Below, piece after piece: positions 24,084 through 36,982 of a stretch of DNA of 64,000 nucleotides. Source of the DNA: Balanoglossus misakiensis. Its lineage: Eukaryota; Animalia; Hemichordata. The stretch is taken from contig CM082577.2 in NCBI GenBank assembly GCA_040954595.2, forward strand, positions 12,557,654 through 12,621,653, in the 5' to 3' direction. Below the pieces are notes generated by a model. It was not told where the DNA came from. It saw only the letters and a program-made list of their open reading frames with translations, and made no database searches. How positions within the stretch are numbered: the first letter of the stretch is position 1; each line of letters starts with the position of its first letter. A program made the translations under genes and the position numbers.

Positions 24084-24232
24084 CATCCATCCATCCATCC
24101 ATCCATCCACCCATACATACATACATACATACATACATACATACATACATACATACATACATACATACATACATACATACATACATACATACATACATAC
24201 ATACATACATACATACATACATACATACATAC
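24084..24232. repeat. (CATC)n(CATA)n microsatellite
   Basis: Direct reading. Lies between the convergent oxidase-1 and methyltransferase 3' ends. Confidence 0.97.
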
Positions 24233-24262
24233 TTTTAAATAAAATGACCGCTTTATTATAAA

Positions 24263-27200
24263 TTATAAACATCTCGGCTTACACTTTGTGAATACCATGA
24301 TTACTTCCTTAGAGAAAAGAACTGTGTTACCATCAACATCATCGCTGAATTCTTTGAGGGTTAGCATGATTTCGTTTTTACATTCTTTCGTTATATGTTT
24401 GCTGAGATCACGTGAGGATGTTATGAAATCTAACAGTAAGTTTCCATCCGCCGAGTCTTCCTGGAAACACTTGCTGACGTCGATGGGCCGCGTGGTATAA
24501 TGAGCTTCGAAGCGGGCGTCTGGTAGACGGCGTCCAAGTGAGTCCTCCATGTCGAGTACTTTCGCGCGGATGTTTCGATACTTTTCGTCATGGAGCCTCG
24601 CTACGCAACCACTCGAGCTGAATTGTGTCCATTTTCCTGTGGTGAGACAATTTGTTCTATTAGTAGTGCGTGAATTTTACGTGTGGCAAGTTATGTCGTC
24701 ACGCTCTTAAAGGTATACGGTCACCAATGGAAATTTAGCTACAGTTACCATGGCAAATTGAGATATCGCCAATCACAGATTTTCAACACTTGGGTGGCAC
24801 ACGCGAAAGAAAGAGCGCCACCTTATATTCTTTAGAACACTAGTACTCAAATACACCATTTCAGCAATATATGGGCGTATTTAAATTAGGGGTGACCGTA
24901 TACCTTCAAGGATGTACGCGCAGAACTTAAACCGGAACTGCGCGTACTCTGTCTTTTCCCATAGGATTACATTGATAATTGCTAAAAAAAATGAAAAAAA
25001 AAATCTACTATTGTCACTTTCATGATATTTTACACATAGCTCAGTCCAGTATATATAAATTCATTGGTCAAATAAAATATATGGGTCACCGCGCTCCATT
25101 TTGAGATAAATTGCGTTAAAAATTTTGCCCCTAGACAAACCATTGGTGAAAAATGCTGAGTCAGCAGTTTTCTTCTATTATCGCCTAAATTCATGGCTCT
25201 ATATTTCAAAAACAAGCGCGGTGACCCCGATATTTTATTACGGATTTTCATTATACATACAAAGGAAAATCCAAAAGTCCACAATTAAAAAAAGACAGTA
25301 CTTTCAATTTTACTGAACGTACATTCGCTCAAATTCATTCTATTATTATTCCGAATATGATAATTATATGAGTCTTTATTTAATTATCATTATGTGAGTA
25401 GCACCACGTCTCGGTCTATTTTACAAAAAACTATAAAGAACCCACCGCGCGAGGAAGCCTGGAGATTTGCCAACACGCCGCCTGGGCTGAGTGTGTTGTA
25501 GAGCGCCACCATAGTTTCTTCGGGATTAGGAAAATGGTAGATTGAATTTATCAGGTGAATGAGATCGAATGGTTCAATGCTCCGTCCCTTCGACATTGTA
25601 CGCTCGCTGAGATATTCTTCAATGGTGCAAGTGTTGAAATCAAAGGTGACGTTATTCCACTTCCCTTGTTGGTGGCGTGAAGTGACCAAGTCTTCGAATT
25701 TTTGAATTGTATCACTCAAAGGTTCCACAACCACGTAGTTGACTTGCTTGGCTTGACCGGTCAGTTCATCGATTATCAGAACGTCATTCATCCCTGCGGG
25801 AAAATGTTATATCCGAAAGTCATTCATTGAGGACGTAAACAGCGCGCGGGTCTCATTCCGGTATACATTGATAATTGCTAGAAAACATAGTATTACTTTT
25901 ACTATTGTCATTTTCACGAAATTTTACACATAACTCATTCAAGTAAATATAAATTCGTTGGTCAAATAAAATAGTGTGGTCACTGTGCTCTATTTTGAGA
26001 TAAATTGCGTTAAAATGTTTGCCGATAGACAAACCATTTGTGAAAAATGATGGGTCATCTGATGCGTGAATATATGCAAATTCAAATATACACGAAGTAT
26101 GCGGTTATAGACAGGTCCGACATGAAGAGCTCAATATCACAGCAGAGCGGAAAAGTTAAATAAAAATCGCTAGAGAAATGCTTTTACGATGTTTTCTCTG
26201 TATCGTTGTTTTGTTAATAGACAATGGACTCATTCGTCAGGATATGCATATAAGGCCAACAAAATGTACTGTTCCGATTACCCGACCTACCCTAATTTTA
26301 ACCCGTCGACCCTTAACTTTTTAGAGCTTCGTATACCCGGAAGTAAAAATAACTATGTCAAATCTACAAAATTTTTGAATTACGCAAGAACTATGACGCC
26401 ATTCTTAAACACTACGGCGACCAGAGAAAAAAATGCAAAATAAAAAATATTCCTTACCTACCTACCCTATTTGAGAAAACCATGTAATCGGAACAGCACA
26501 TATTATGTTTTGGCCTTAAGTTCAGTCGGTTTAAAATAGAGTCGGCACAGCATCCGCTATCTTATTCTGGGGTCTGAATAAGGAAACGCCTACCGTCACC
26601 CGATCCCACGGATAGTACTTGAAGTACAGTATATTCTTTGGCCTTGCACACTTTGTTAACTATTTCCGCATATGCCAGTCGCTCCTCTTCCTGTTGCACG
26701 TAGCCATACTTGCGCATCGTCTGCTGTCTTTCAAGGTAACCTCTGCCGTCGTAGTCAAACCTATTTGGTACAGTCGTCACGTCCTATAGGGTTTCCACAA
26801 CGTACAGTACACACGTAAAAAGTGAGTTGCGATACGAGTAAGTATAAGGTTCTGGGAGATTTTCTTGTCTATGCATATTGAACCGATTTTGGAAATTAAT
26901 AAGTATCATCATTATCAGATTGATTCCGCATGTATTCCATCCCTTAAAATTTTCAAATTTTCTTGAAAACTTCGGTAATTTATTCAGAAACTATGTAGGC
27001 CTACTTTATGGGAGCGTAAATGTATTTTTTTTAATTTAGTGCAATAATATTATTGCAATTTACATTGTAAAACAAAATATCGTAAAAGGCGAATAAAATA
27101 TACTACTATTGCGACCATCATTTCAGTATGGCAAGAGAAATAAAAAAGAGTCTCGCATATTTTTTGCCAAATCTTTAGAATAGGCGAGTGGTTTTTATTT

Positions 27201-27577
27201 TATTACAACCCTTTAAAATCTCCCAGTTTCTCTGACGCTGATGACAATTTCATTTTCTAGCCTTCACGAATTTGTAATATTACTGCCTAAAATCTGACTC
27301 CCGTTGTGTTGTTCTTTGTTTAAATACACTGACGTTGTTCAAAGTGTTATCAACATCTCTCACGAATTCGATCCAAGTCTCGAGTTCAAAGTACAGTGCG
27401 CGCGAAAATTCGAGAAACTTAAACGTCACCACCACACACAACACTAAAATTATAGGAACTACATAAATTGTGTCGCATTTCTAAAAAAATATTACAATGG
27501 CGGCATTTAATAAAAATGTCGATTCTGAGGAACGATTTCCTACCATATAAACTTACCTTGGAGATATGCTTTGCCAT
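24263..27577 (-). CDS. Histamine N-methyltransferase-like SAM-dependent methyltransferase, 310 aa
   Basis: GT-AG exons 27577-27557 (MAKHISK), 26783-26594, 25793-25446 and 24636-24263 give 933 nt in frame. Motif I VLSVGSGDG, VVEP, FDLIHLINSIYHF, LSPGG and IDVSKCF...GNLLLDFIT match the HNMT family. Confidence 0.88.
24711..24905. mobile_element. TTAA-type MITE in methyltransferase intron 3
   Basis: ttaa-aggtatacggtcacc ... ggtgaccgtatacct-tcaa. Partial copy at 35251-35311. Confidence 0.7.
26254..26515. mobile_element. Harbinger-like MITE in methyltransferase intron 2
   Basis: taa-ggccaacaaaatgtactgttccgattac ... gtaatcggaacagcacatattatgttttggcc-tta. Confidence 0.6.
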
Positions 27578-29568
27578 TTTCTGGGGAAAGTCGGTATAGC
27601 CAGCTAAGAAAGGGATTTCAAGTTAGTGGTAGCACGTATAGCAGTGAAATCCACGCTGCAGCTATACTTAGCGGCGAGTGCGATCAATCTCTTTTATTGT
27701 GGTTGGGTTTCGCACATTTCAACTACAAATTCATATAATAGGCCTTTTTATACATGTACACCGTGAGACAAAAGTGTTTTTAGAATATGGGTTTCACAGT
27801 TTTTTAACATGTTCATTCAAGTTTGAGCAAATACAATGCTTGCATTGTCAATAAAATGTCGTGATTGGTATATGCCACTGGGGAATTTTAGTATCACAAT
27901 GCCCAACCATACCACTTCCTGGCCACCATTTGCACTTCTGTATTCATCTGCCTGTTGACAGCCAGCCAATGCTGAAAACAAAATTATTCAAACAACTTGG
28001 ACAAAACGGACTTTACGTAACCTTGTTTTGTTACTTTATACAGTTGTTGTATAACAGTAGTTTTTTCCCAGTCTTTTGTATATTTTGTGAGTGTGATCAG
28101 TGGTAATCTAGTTCTCATTGTCATCAGCGTACACATCTCACAGTTATGGATTACTTCGGGCGAATTTAAACACTGGTGACGTGCAACAGTACTCGGTGAC
28201 GTGGCGCAGTGCATGATCAAGAAATATGTTGGAATGTATGTTAAACAATATGTGTAAAGTACAGCTCGTCATGTGAATTAAGTAAACACATTGAATATGC
28301 CATAAAAAGCTACCTTCACAAACGGCGTAGTTGAATCTCTTAGAAGAAAAAGATGTGTGGATACGCATGAACTAATTTTTCACGTCCAAAATTGATAAAC
28401 ATGTGTTCCAATCTTTATCAGAGAAAAAACAACCGAAACATTGGTCGATAACATAGGAAATGTACCAAGGCTTTTGAGAAACCTTCAAAGCAACTGAACA
28501 TATTGACAATTGACCTAATTTTTCCTAAATTTTGACTAAGTCCCGAACAATGAGTCAGTCTTGAAGTATACATGGGTTTTATTTTTTAAACTTGGGTTGC
28601 ATACCCCCCTAGGAAAATACTAGTGTGAGTACATCCCGCCGGGATGTTAGGTGATTGAAAATTTCGCTGTCGCTGAATGACCGATTGGGTGCCTGCGTCA
28701 TGTGCGTTATGACATCGAAGCAAGGCGTATTGTGCTAAACAAGATAACCCCGCATGTGTGTCAGAGTTCATGTACCAACTTGAAGATGAACCCGAATCCT
28801 CGCTAGATTTACAAAGCCAGACCATCTTGTGACTCAACTCAAAGGTTTTAGGGTCGTCGGTTCAGTTCAACATAGCTGACATATAAGAACAGTGGCTCGT
28901 GTTCCGGGTTTTTCTCAAGGTGGGGCTGAAGTACGTCTCTCAGTTCATATATGACATGCGCTGGCCCGACGAGACTACTCAGTAAACAAGCGACTGTGCA
29001 AGTAGGGCGTTCAGGGTTCACTGCAATCACATGACCTGTCATGCGTGCGAGTACGGCCTGTACGTGTGAAGGTCGAAGACCTAGCTGGGACTCGCGCTGA
29101 AACGGCCTAAAGCCCTTATTCCCATGCAGTGCATTCCCTGCTACCCAAGCACGCGCCTGATTTACTGTATATCAATCGTAGATTGCTTCTGTAGTGCGGG
29201 AACAAAGGTAGGTTCGAAGTCCTTGGGCTATCCACGCCAAACGTTGGTTGCAAGAAGCACTAGTCTCTCTGTATTACGTACGCAGCTGTAAACCGTTGGT
29301 GTGGGGGCTGACCCCCCCCCCACCCCACGGTACAGTTGCGTTACTGTAAAGCGCGGGGGGGGGGCTTCTCCTTGCTTCAGAAACGGTTGCATGCAAATAG
29401 CGTTTTAACTGTAGTAATGTTCTGTGCGACCGCACTTTGTGTCAAGATGACCTTGTATTGACCGATGACCCTGCATTGGCGCGACAATTAAAACTAGTGC
29501 GGTGAGAGACTACTGGCTGTCAGGTGATCTCTAATACTTGGATGGCTTTCGAACTTCACTCTAGGAAA

Positions 29569-29738
29569 ATGGCGACACATGAGAAAATGTATGATTTGTG
29601 TATTGTCGGCGCAGGCCTTATGGGGTCTGCGGCAGCCAGACATGCTACATTGCTTGTCCCGGAGTTGAAAGTCTGTCTAATTGGTCCAAAAGAACCAAAG
29701 GTAAGATGAGAATCCATTGATAATCCATTGAGTCAGAG

Positions 29739-29783
<45 letters not shown>

Positions 29784-32700
29784 AGTGAGGAGGGAGGGAG
29801 GGAGAGACTGTCTGTGCAATTCCATTTATATGAATAGTTCACCAGAGAAAGAATACGTGCAAGAGATTCGATATCAAATGACGTCAGACGCAGTTCTGAT
29901 GGCATGCAAATTTCCAGCTGACGGGTTACTTCAGCAACGTGGTGCGGACCGGGGGTGCAGACGACGACTGTGCAGACGCCAAGACGCTTGCGTGATGCGT
30001 GTTACCTGACTGGCGTTTCTGAAGTATAAACACACTTGGAAAATCTTTTACTTGATGCCGAAATATTGCTTGCCCGTCATCTGGAAATGACAGTTCCGTG
30101 GGTCACATGGCCAGATCACGTGATTGTTATTAAATAATTGTGTGTTGGGCCTCGTGCCTCTATTTTAATTGTGTGTGCAATGATGAATTTTATGCTGATC
30201 TCCCTGCAGGACATGCGTGAGTGCACCCACGGAATCTTTGCGTCCCACTACGATGAAGGACGCATAGCAACGGTGCTTTTGAGCGAAGTCATCAGGGCCG
30301 AGCTAGCGAAAAGGAGCATGGCTCGATACAGAGATATAGAGCAACGAACAGGTACAAATTATGTCTCTTTCTCAAATTCTCGATTCGAAAACTTCATGTT
30401 AGCGTATTAATACACATGACGATGGCTAAGCTTAAGTACTATTGTTGGCATTTTATCAAGAAGGAAATCTTTTCGTTATATACCGCATACTGTCCTGAAA
30501 CATGGCTTCTCGTTATACACGGATTTTAACCATGCTTGGTGGGATCACATTGTAATACATACAACCAAGAGTTTGAGCAAAGGACAAATATTTAGAGTAA
30601 AACTTCAAATTATTGGGATAAGAAACCCCTTCGCGAGAAATATCCCTACGCCTACATGTCTCTCAGACAAACTGAGGAACATACCTTCAGAGGCAAGTGA
30701 TCACGCAGGCGCATGGTAGCTGATTAAAGGGACCAAGTCTTTCTGTCGCTGCCCTATTCCATTAATTATGTTTGATGCAATACACTGTTTATGTTACTTA
30801 ACATGTGGATATATAGTGAATGAATGTTCAACTATACACACACCTTCCATCCCACTTGTAGACACGTTAGTGTAAAACTCGCCAAAATGAATAATTGGTG
30901 TTTACTATTTATTCATTTGGGCAAGATTTTTACTCTTATATCCCACAAAAGGGATGGAAAGTGTGTATGGTTGAACATTGATTCACTATGTATCCACATG
31001 TACATTAACATAAACAGTGTCTTGTATCAATCATAATTAATGAAAAAAAGGGCAGCGAGAGACAGACTTTGTCCCTTTAATGCACCACAACCGGCAGCCT
31101 ATTTCCAATGCTGTGATGTGCTCATTGACGTTGTAAATCAGGTGACTGAAGTTGACCAATCAGGTAGTGTACTGTGGAGTGAGGGCATAACTAAGTTTTG
31201 ATTGTTCATCACAATAAAACGTGTCTTCTTCTTTTCAGGCATTGAATTCTATAAACAAGTTGGTCACATTTTACTAGGCCCACAAGGTAATACATTCCAC
31301 AAAAAGGTTGCGCAAACCAATGCAAAAATGTCGAATAAAATATCAATTTGGGATAGAAAACCCGTTCAGGAGAAGTACCCATACCTGTCAGTGAGAAAAG
31401 AAGATGATGCGATCTTGTTTTGCGAGAAAGATGGTCACGTGAGTCCACGGAAGCTTGTTGATGCGCAACAAACAGCGGCTCATTTCCAAGGCTGTGATAT
31501 ATTCAATGACGTTGTAGATCAGGTGACTGAAGTTGACCAACCAGGTGATGGAAAGCACATGAAGGTATCCACAGCAAATGGGATATATCTTGCAAGGAAG
31601 GTACTGCTTACACCAGGGGCTTTCATTGGATTTCGGGATTTACTCCCTCCGGGGAAGGAACTTGACCTGACCTTATATAAACATAGACTGTTCTTCATCG
31701 AAATATCAGAAAACGACGTGAAACGATTAAGAGAAATGCCCACGATTGCATGGAAGTACGACTTCGAAGGACGGCGTTGCTACATCTTACCCCCAATCAA
31801 ATACCCAGACGGTAAATATTAAACTCAACAAACGGTAGTTTATTTGTATTATGGGCTCACACAGACACCATGAAACGTCTCAGATTAGAAACCGTCTGAA
31901 AAAATTGTGTGTGGATGGTGTATAGTGGTTTTGAAACGGCTTAGATTTGAGACGGCTTTGCCGGTCAGACCTGAGCTAGTGTATTGTTTAACGCCTCTTC
32001 GCAACCCATTGTCTATGGGGCGCCCACACATAAATTTTGTGTGTGTGGACACAAGGCGACTCAAAGTATGAATGCTCTGTGTTTACCATAGGTAAATAGT
32101 GTCTCAAATTTTAACCTGTGTGAACGTGGTATATGTTCACGGAAGTGTGAGTGTTAAAACATAAATACTATCCTCATTCGAGTGCGACTTGACTTTCCTT
32201 AATTCCGCTTTGATTAGGCCTACTATAGTGATGATCATACATTGTAGTTGCTCCGCAGTGCCACCATACGGCCAATGGATATTGAATGTCCCTACTGATT
32301 GTTTTCCACACAAAATAGTCATGAAAAAAGAGCATAAGAATTATCTGGACCCCTATCCCCAACGAACTGTCATAATATATGTTATACGTTTGCTTCTCAG
32401 GCAAGTACTACATTAAAATAGGACAACGCACATTTGGGCAGCCGCGTACTGCTGCTGAAGTGGCCAAATATTTCAAGCAGGACCCTTCTAAAATCAATGC
32501 AGACCGACATCTCCTCGATTTGCTCTTGGAGCTAGTAAAAGGTAAAAAAACACGCGACAAGGTTGCTTAGTATGTCGTCACTGCACAATTTTGAGAGCAC
32601 ACTTATGTTTATAACAGAATGGAACATCCCACAAAACGGCCCTTGTTTAACTGATTTTGCGAAGATTCACCCAATTATTGCTGTGTCACAGATTCCTCGG

Positions 32701-34034
32701 AATTCTTTCCTTTGCCGAGATTTCTTCAGAAACACAACGTTTTAATCACACGAAGTTGGATCACAATGGCATCGAATACACAGAAGGAATGCATTGACCA
32801 TCGATTTTGCCGATCAATACCGTCTCTTGTTAACTGTGACTGACAGCAATATCTATACAGTCACTCTGTTATCATGATATGCTTACAGCTATAATTTATA
32901 CAACCATTTTTTATCAAGTAGACGGATGAAAATTGATGGTCAGTACTTTCATTCTGTGTATAGCTCAATCTTTTTCCTTGCATTCTTAATCATTTGCATG
33001 TAGGTACGTGTAACAGCAGTATGCTCTAACAAAACCTAGGTTGAGCTTATATGGGTCCAAAACTGATTAATGAACATGTTCAAGTTTGGTTACTTTGAGA
33101 TGCAATTTCACCACGTAAATTCTGTCTGGTAACATTGTCTCCACAGTTCAATATATATGTTACATAATGGCTTTCAAACATGTGCCTCCAGATCAAACTC
33201 TTTATTGCATCATCTGCTTGGATGTGACATTCCGGCTTTATATTCATTGCTGTAACCACCTATATTGCTTGACCAACTATCTATCAGGACAGTTGTCCGT
33301 AAATGTCATTACATGTATTATACATCTGGCACCGAGAACAATAGAATTTGGCGTGCACTAAAAGTACGTAAGGAACCATACGTACGGAACGCATGTTAAA
33401 TATGCCTTAAGTTTCAAGGCGCCCCAACTCACCGTGTACAGGTATGCACTGTTATGCGGACGGTTTCAAGACACCCCACTCCAACGCATGTAAACAAAAA
33501 ACAACTGAGATGGCTCGGTGTTTCAGCTGTAGTCGGTTTACGATCGATTGTATCGGCATTTTGAAAGCCAAGTAACATGCAACACAAGAACTAACGGAGA
33601 TGTAAGATGTAGATAATAAGGCTATTACGAAAATACCGCAAATTATGCACGAGGACATTAGCGCAGCGCATCGCCCTACGCAGCGCATCGGGCGATAATG
33701 GGCGCTAATGTCCTCGTGCATTGCGGAATTTTCGTAATAACCTCATAATATTTATATGAGATTTGACACTATTTGAACAGATCTTGAAGTGGTGTCCGTA
33801 CATGAAGGTTCCTGCCTCACAGCACACACCCCTAATGCGGAAATCTACTGTGACATGATCACTCCAACCCTTGGAGTTGCGACTGGCGGAAATGGATACT
33901 CGGCGAAGTTATCGGATGAAATTGGTAGAATGGCCGCCCGGATGATTATTTCTGGAAAATGGGATCATGATCTTCCAAAGGAGAAGTTTCGAGCAGTGTT
34001 CAAGACTAAACCAAAAATGAGTGCTAAACTTTAA
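29569..34034 (+). CDS. Peroxisomal sarcosine/pipecolate-oxidase-family flavoenzyme, copy 2, 413 aa
   Basis: Exons 29569-29700, 30210-30351, 31239-31811, 32401-32541 and 33781-34034 give 1242 nt in frame. Same motifs as copy 1, with GGNGYSAKLSDEIG. Ends SAKL. Confidence 0.92.
30728..31076. mobile_element. Palindromic TTAA (Kolobok-type) MITE in intron 2 of oxidase copy 2
   Basis: TTAA TSD at 30724-27 and 31077-80. TIR agggaccaagtc ... gactttgtccct. The empty site gctgattaatgcacc is present in copy 1 near 21110. Confidence 0.88.
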
Positions 34035-34323
34035 CTGGGTTGTCTTTCGGTGCGTTTTTTATGATCCAATCTCATTTACACTTATGCCTGGGTGTTGACT
34101 AAACACTCCAAAGTTTAATTCTTTATTAAGTTTTGACGATTGTCATTTCTAGGACAATTCTTTACTTTTGACATTGGCAATCATATTCTATCTACCCTAT
34201 ACGTATTGTGTAGCTTTAGGTATTAGAACTGGATTGTGCAATCATTTCTTATTAATCACCGTTGAATATTCTGTACCAAAAATTCTATATTTAAATGCAC
34301 ATATCTCCAAGATACATATATAT

Positions 34324-34707
34324 ATCCATCTATCCATCCATCCATCCATCCATCCACCCATACATCCATCCATCCATCCATCCATCCATCCATCCATCCA
34401 TCCATACATACATACATACATACATACATACATACATACATACATACATACATACATACATACATACATACATACATACATACATACATACATACATACA
34501 TCCATCCATCCATACATACATACATACATACATACATACATACACACACCCATACATCCATCCATCCATCCATCCATTCATCCATCCATCCATCTATACA
34601 TACATCCATACATCCATCCATCCATACATACATACATACATACATACATACATACATACATACATACATACATACATACATACATACATACATACATACA
34701 TACATAC
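34324..34707. repeat. Compound (CATC)n/(CATA)n microsatellite, an expanded paralog of 24084-24232
   Basis: Direct reading. Confidence 0.97.
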
Positions 34708-34730
34708 TTTTAAATAAAATGACCGCTTAA

Positions 34731-34870
34731 ATTATAAACAGCTCGGCTTACACTTTGTGAATACCATGATTACTTCCTTAGAGAAAAGAACTGTGTTATC
34801 ACCAACATCATCGCTGAATTCTTTGAGGGTTAGCAGGATTTCGTTTTTACACTCTTTTGTTATATATTTT
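34731..34870 (-). pseudogene. Remnant of a duplicated HNMT-like gene (3' end of the last exon only)
   Basis: Near-identical to 24263-24400. Followed by a MITE and 80 bp of intron 3, then a jump to sequence homologous to 28122, so exons 1-3 are deleted. Confidence 0.85.
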
Positions 34871-34877
34871 TGCTTAA

Positions 34878-35224
34878 AGGGACAAAGTCTCTCTCCAGCT
34901 GCCCTTTTTCCATTAATTACGTTTGATACAAGACACTGTTTATGTTAATGTACATGTGGATATATAATGAATCAATGATCAACCACACAAAACTTCCATC
35001 CCACTTGTATGATATGAGAGTAAAAACTCGCCCAAAATGAATAAATGGTAAAGAACGATTATTCATTTTGGCGAGTTTTTTCACTCTCCTGTCTATAAGA
35101 GGGATGGAAGTTGTGTGTGGTTGAATGTTCATTCACTATATATCCACATGTAGAATAAGAAACTGTGTCTTGTATCAAATATAATTAATGGAAAAAAGGG
35201 CAGCGAGAGAGAGACTTTGTCCTT
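34878..35224. mobile_element. Second copy of the palindromic TTAA MITE
   Basis: ttaa-agggacaaagtc ... gactttgtcctt-ttaa. Same family as 30728-31076. Confidence 0.85.
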
Positions 35225-36738
35225 TTAAGTAATGTCGTCACGCTCTTAAAGGTATACGGTCACCTATGCAAATTTAGCTACAGTTACCATGGCAAATTGA
35301 GATCTAGCCAAGCATCAGCGTACACATCTGACAGTTATGGATTACTTCGGGCGAATTTAAACACTGGTGATGTGCAACAGTACTCGGTGAGGTGGCGCAG
35401 TTCATGATCAAGAAATCTGTTGGAAATTATGTTAACAATATGTATAAAGTACAGCTCGTCATGTGAATTAAGTAAACACATTGAATATGCCATAAAAAGC
35501 TACCGGCGTAGTTGAAAAAGATGTGTGGATACGCATGAACTAATTTTTCACGTAAAAAATTGATAAACATGTGTTCCAACCTTCATCAGAGAAAAAACAA
35601 CCGAAACATTGGTCGAAAACATAGGAAATGTACCAAGGCTTTTGAGAAACCTTCAAAGCAACAGATCAATGACAATTGACCTAATTTTTCCTAAATTTTG
35701 ACTAAGTCCCGAACAATGAGTCAGTCTTGAAGTATACATGGGTTTTATTTTTTAAACTTGGGTTGCATACCCCCATATGAAAATACTAGTGTGAGTACAT
35801 CCCGCCGGGATGTTAGGTGGTTGAAAATTTCGCTGTCGCTGAATGCATGATCGATTGGGTGCCTGCGTCATGTGCGTTATGACATCGAAGCATGGCGTAT
35901 TGTGCTAAACAAAATAACCCCGTATGTGTGTCAGAGTTCACGTACCAAGATGAACCCGAATCCTCGCTAGATTTACAAAGCCAGACCATCTTGTGACTCA
36001 ACTCAAAGGTTTTAGGGTCGTCGGTTCAGTTCAACATCGCTGACATATAAGAACAGTGGCTCGTGTTCCGGGTATTTCTCAAGGTGGGGCTGAAGTACGT
36101 CTCTCAGTTTATATTTGACATGCGCTGGCCCGACGAGACTACTCAGTAAACAAGCGACTGTGCAAGTAGGGCGTTCAGGGTTCACTGCAATCACATGACC
36201 TGTCATGCGTGCGAGTACGGCCTGTACGTGTGAAGGTCGAAGACCTAGCTGGGACTCGCGCTGAAACGGCCTAAAGCCCTTGTTCCCATGCAGTGCATTC
36301 CCTGCTACCCACGCACGCGCCTGATTTACTGTATATCAATCGTGGATTGCTTCTGTAGTGCGGGAACAAAGGTAGGTCCGAAGTCCTTGGGCTATCCACG
36401 CCAAACGTTGGCTATTGCAAGAAGCACTAGTCTCTCTGTATTACGTACGCAGCTGTAAACCGTTGGTGTGGGGGCTGATTCCCCCCCCCCCCCCCACGGT
36501 ACAGTTGCGTTACTGTAAAGCGGGGGGGGGGGGTCTTCTCCTTGCTTCAGAAACGGTTGCATGCAAATAGCGTTTTAACTGTAGTAATGTTTTGTGCGAC
36601 CGCACTTTGTGTCAAGATGACCTTGTATTGACTGATGACCTTGCATTGGCGCGACAATTAAAACTAGTGCGGTGAGAGACTACTGGCTGTCAGGTGATCT
36701 CTAATACTTGGATGGCTTTCGAACTTCACTCTAGGAAA

Positions 36739-36945
36739 ATGGCGACACATGAGAAAATGTATGATTTGTGTATTGTCGGCGCAGGCCTTATGGGGTCTGC
36801 GGCAGCCAGACATGCTACACTGCTTGTCCCGGATTTGAAAGTCTGTCTGGTTGGTCCAAAAGAACCAAAGGTAAGATGTGAATCCATTGATAACATCGCT
36901 TGTTTCACAAAACTACGTGTCACTTATCAACTTTACATCACGTTG

Positions 36946-36982
<37 letters not shown>

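Noticed and set aside
23942-34717. His/Tyr/Ile-rich and MYVC-repeat ORFs
   Set aside because: They are translations of (CATA)n/(CATC)n microsatellites.
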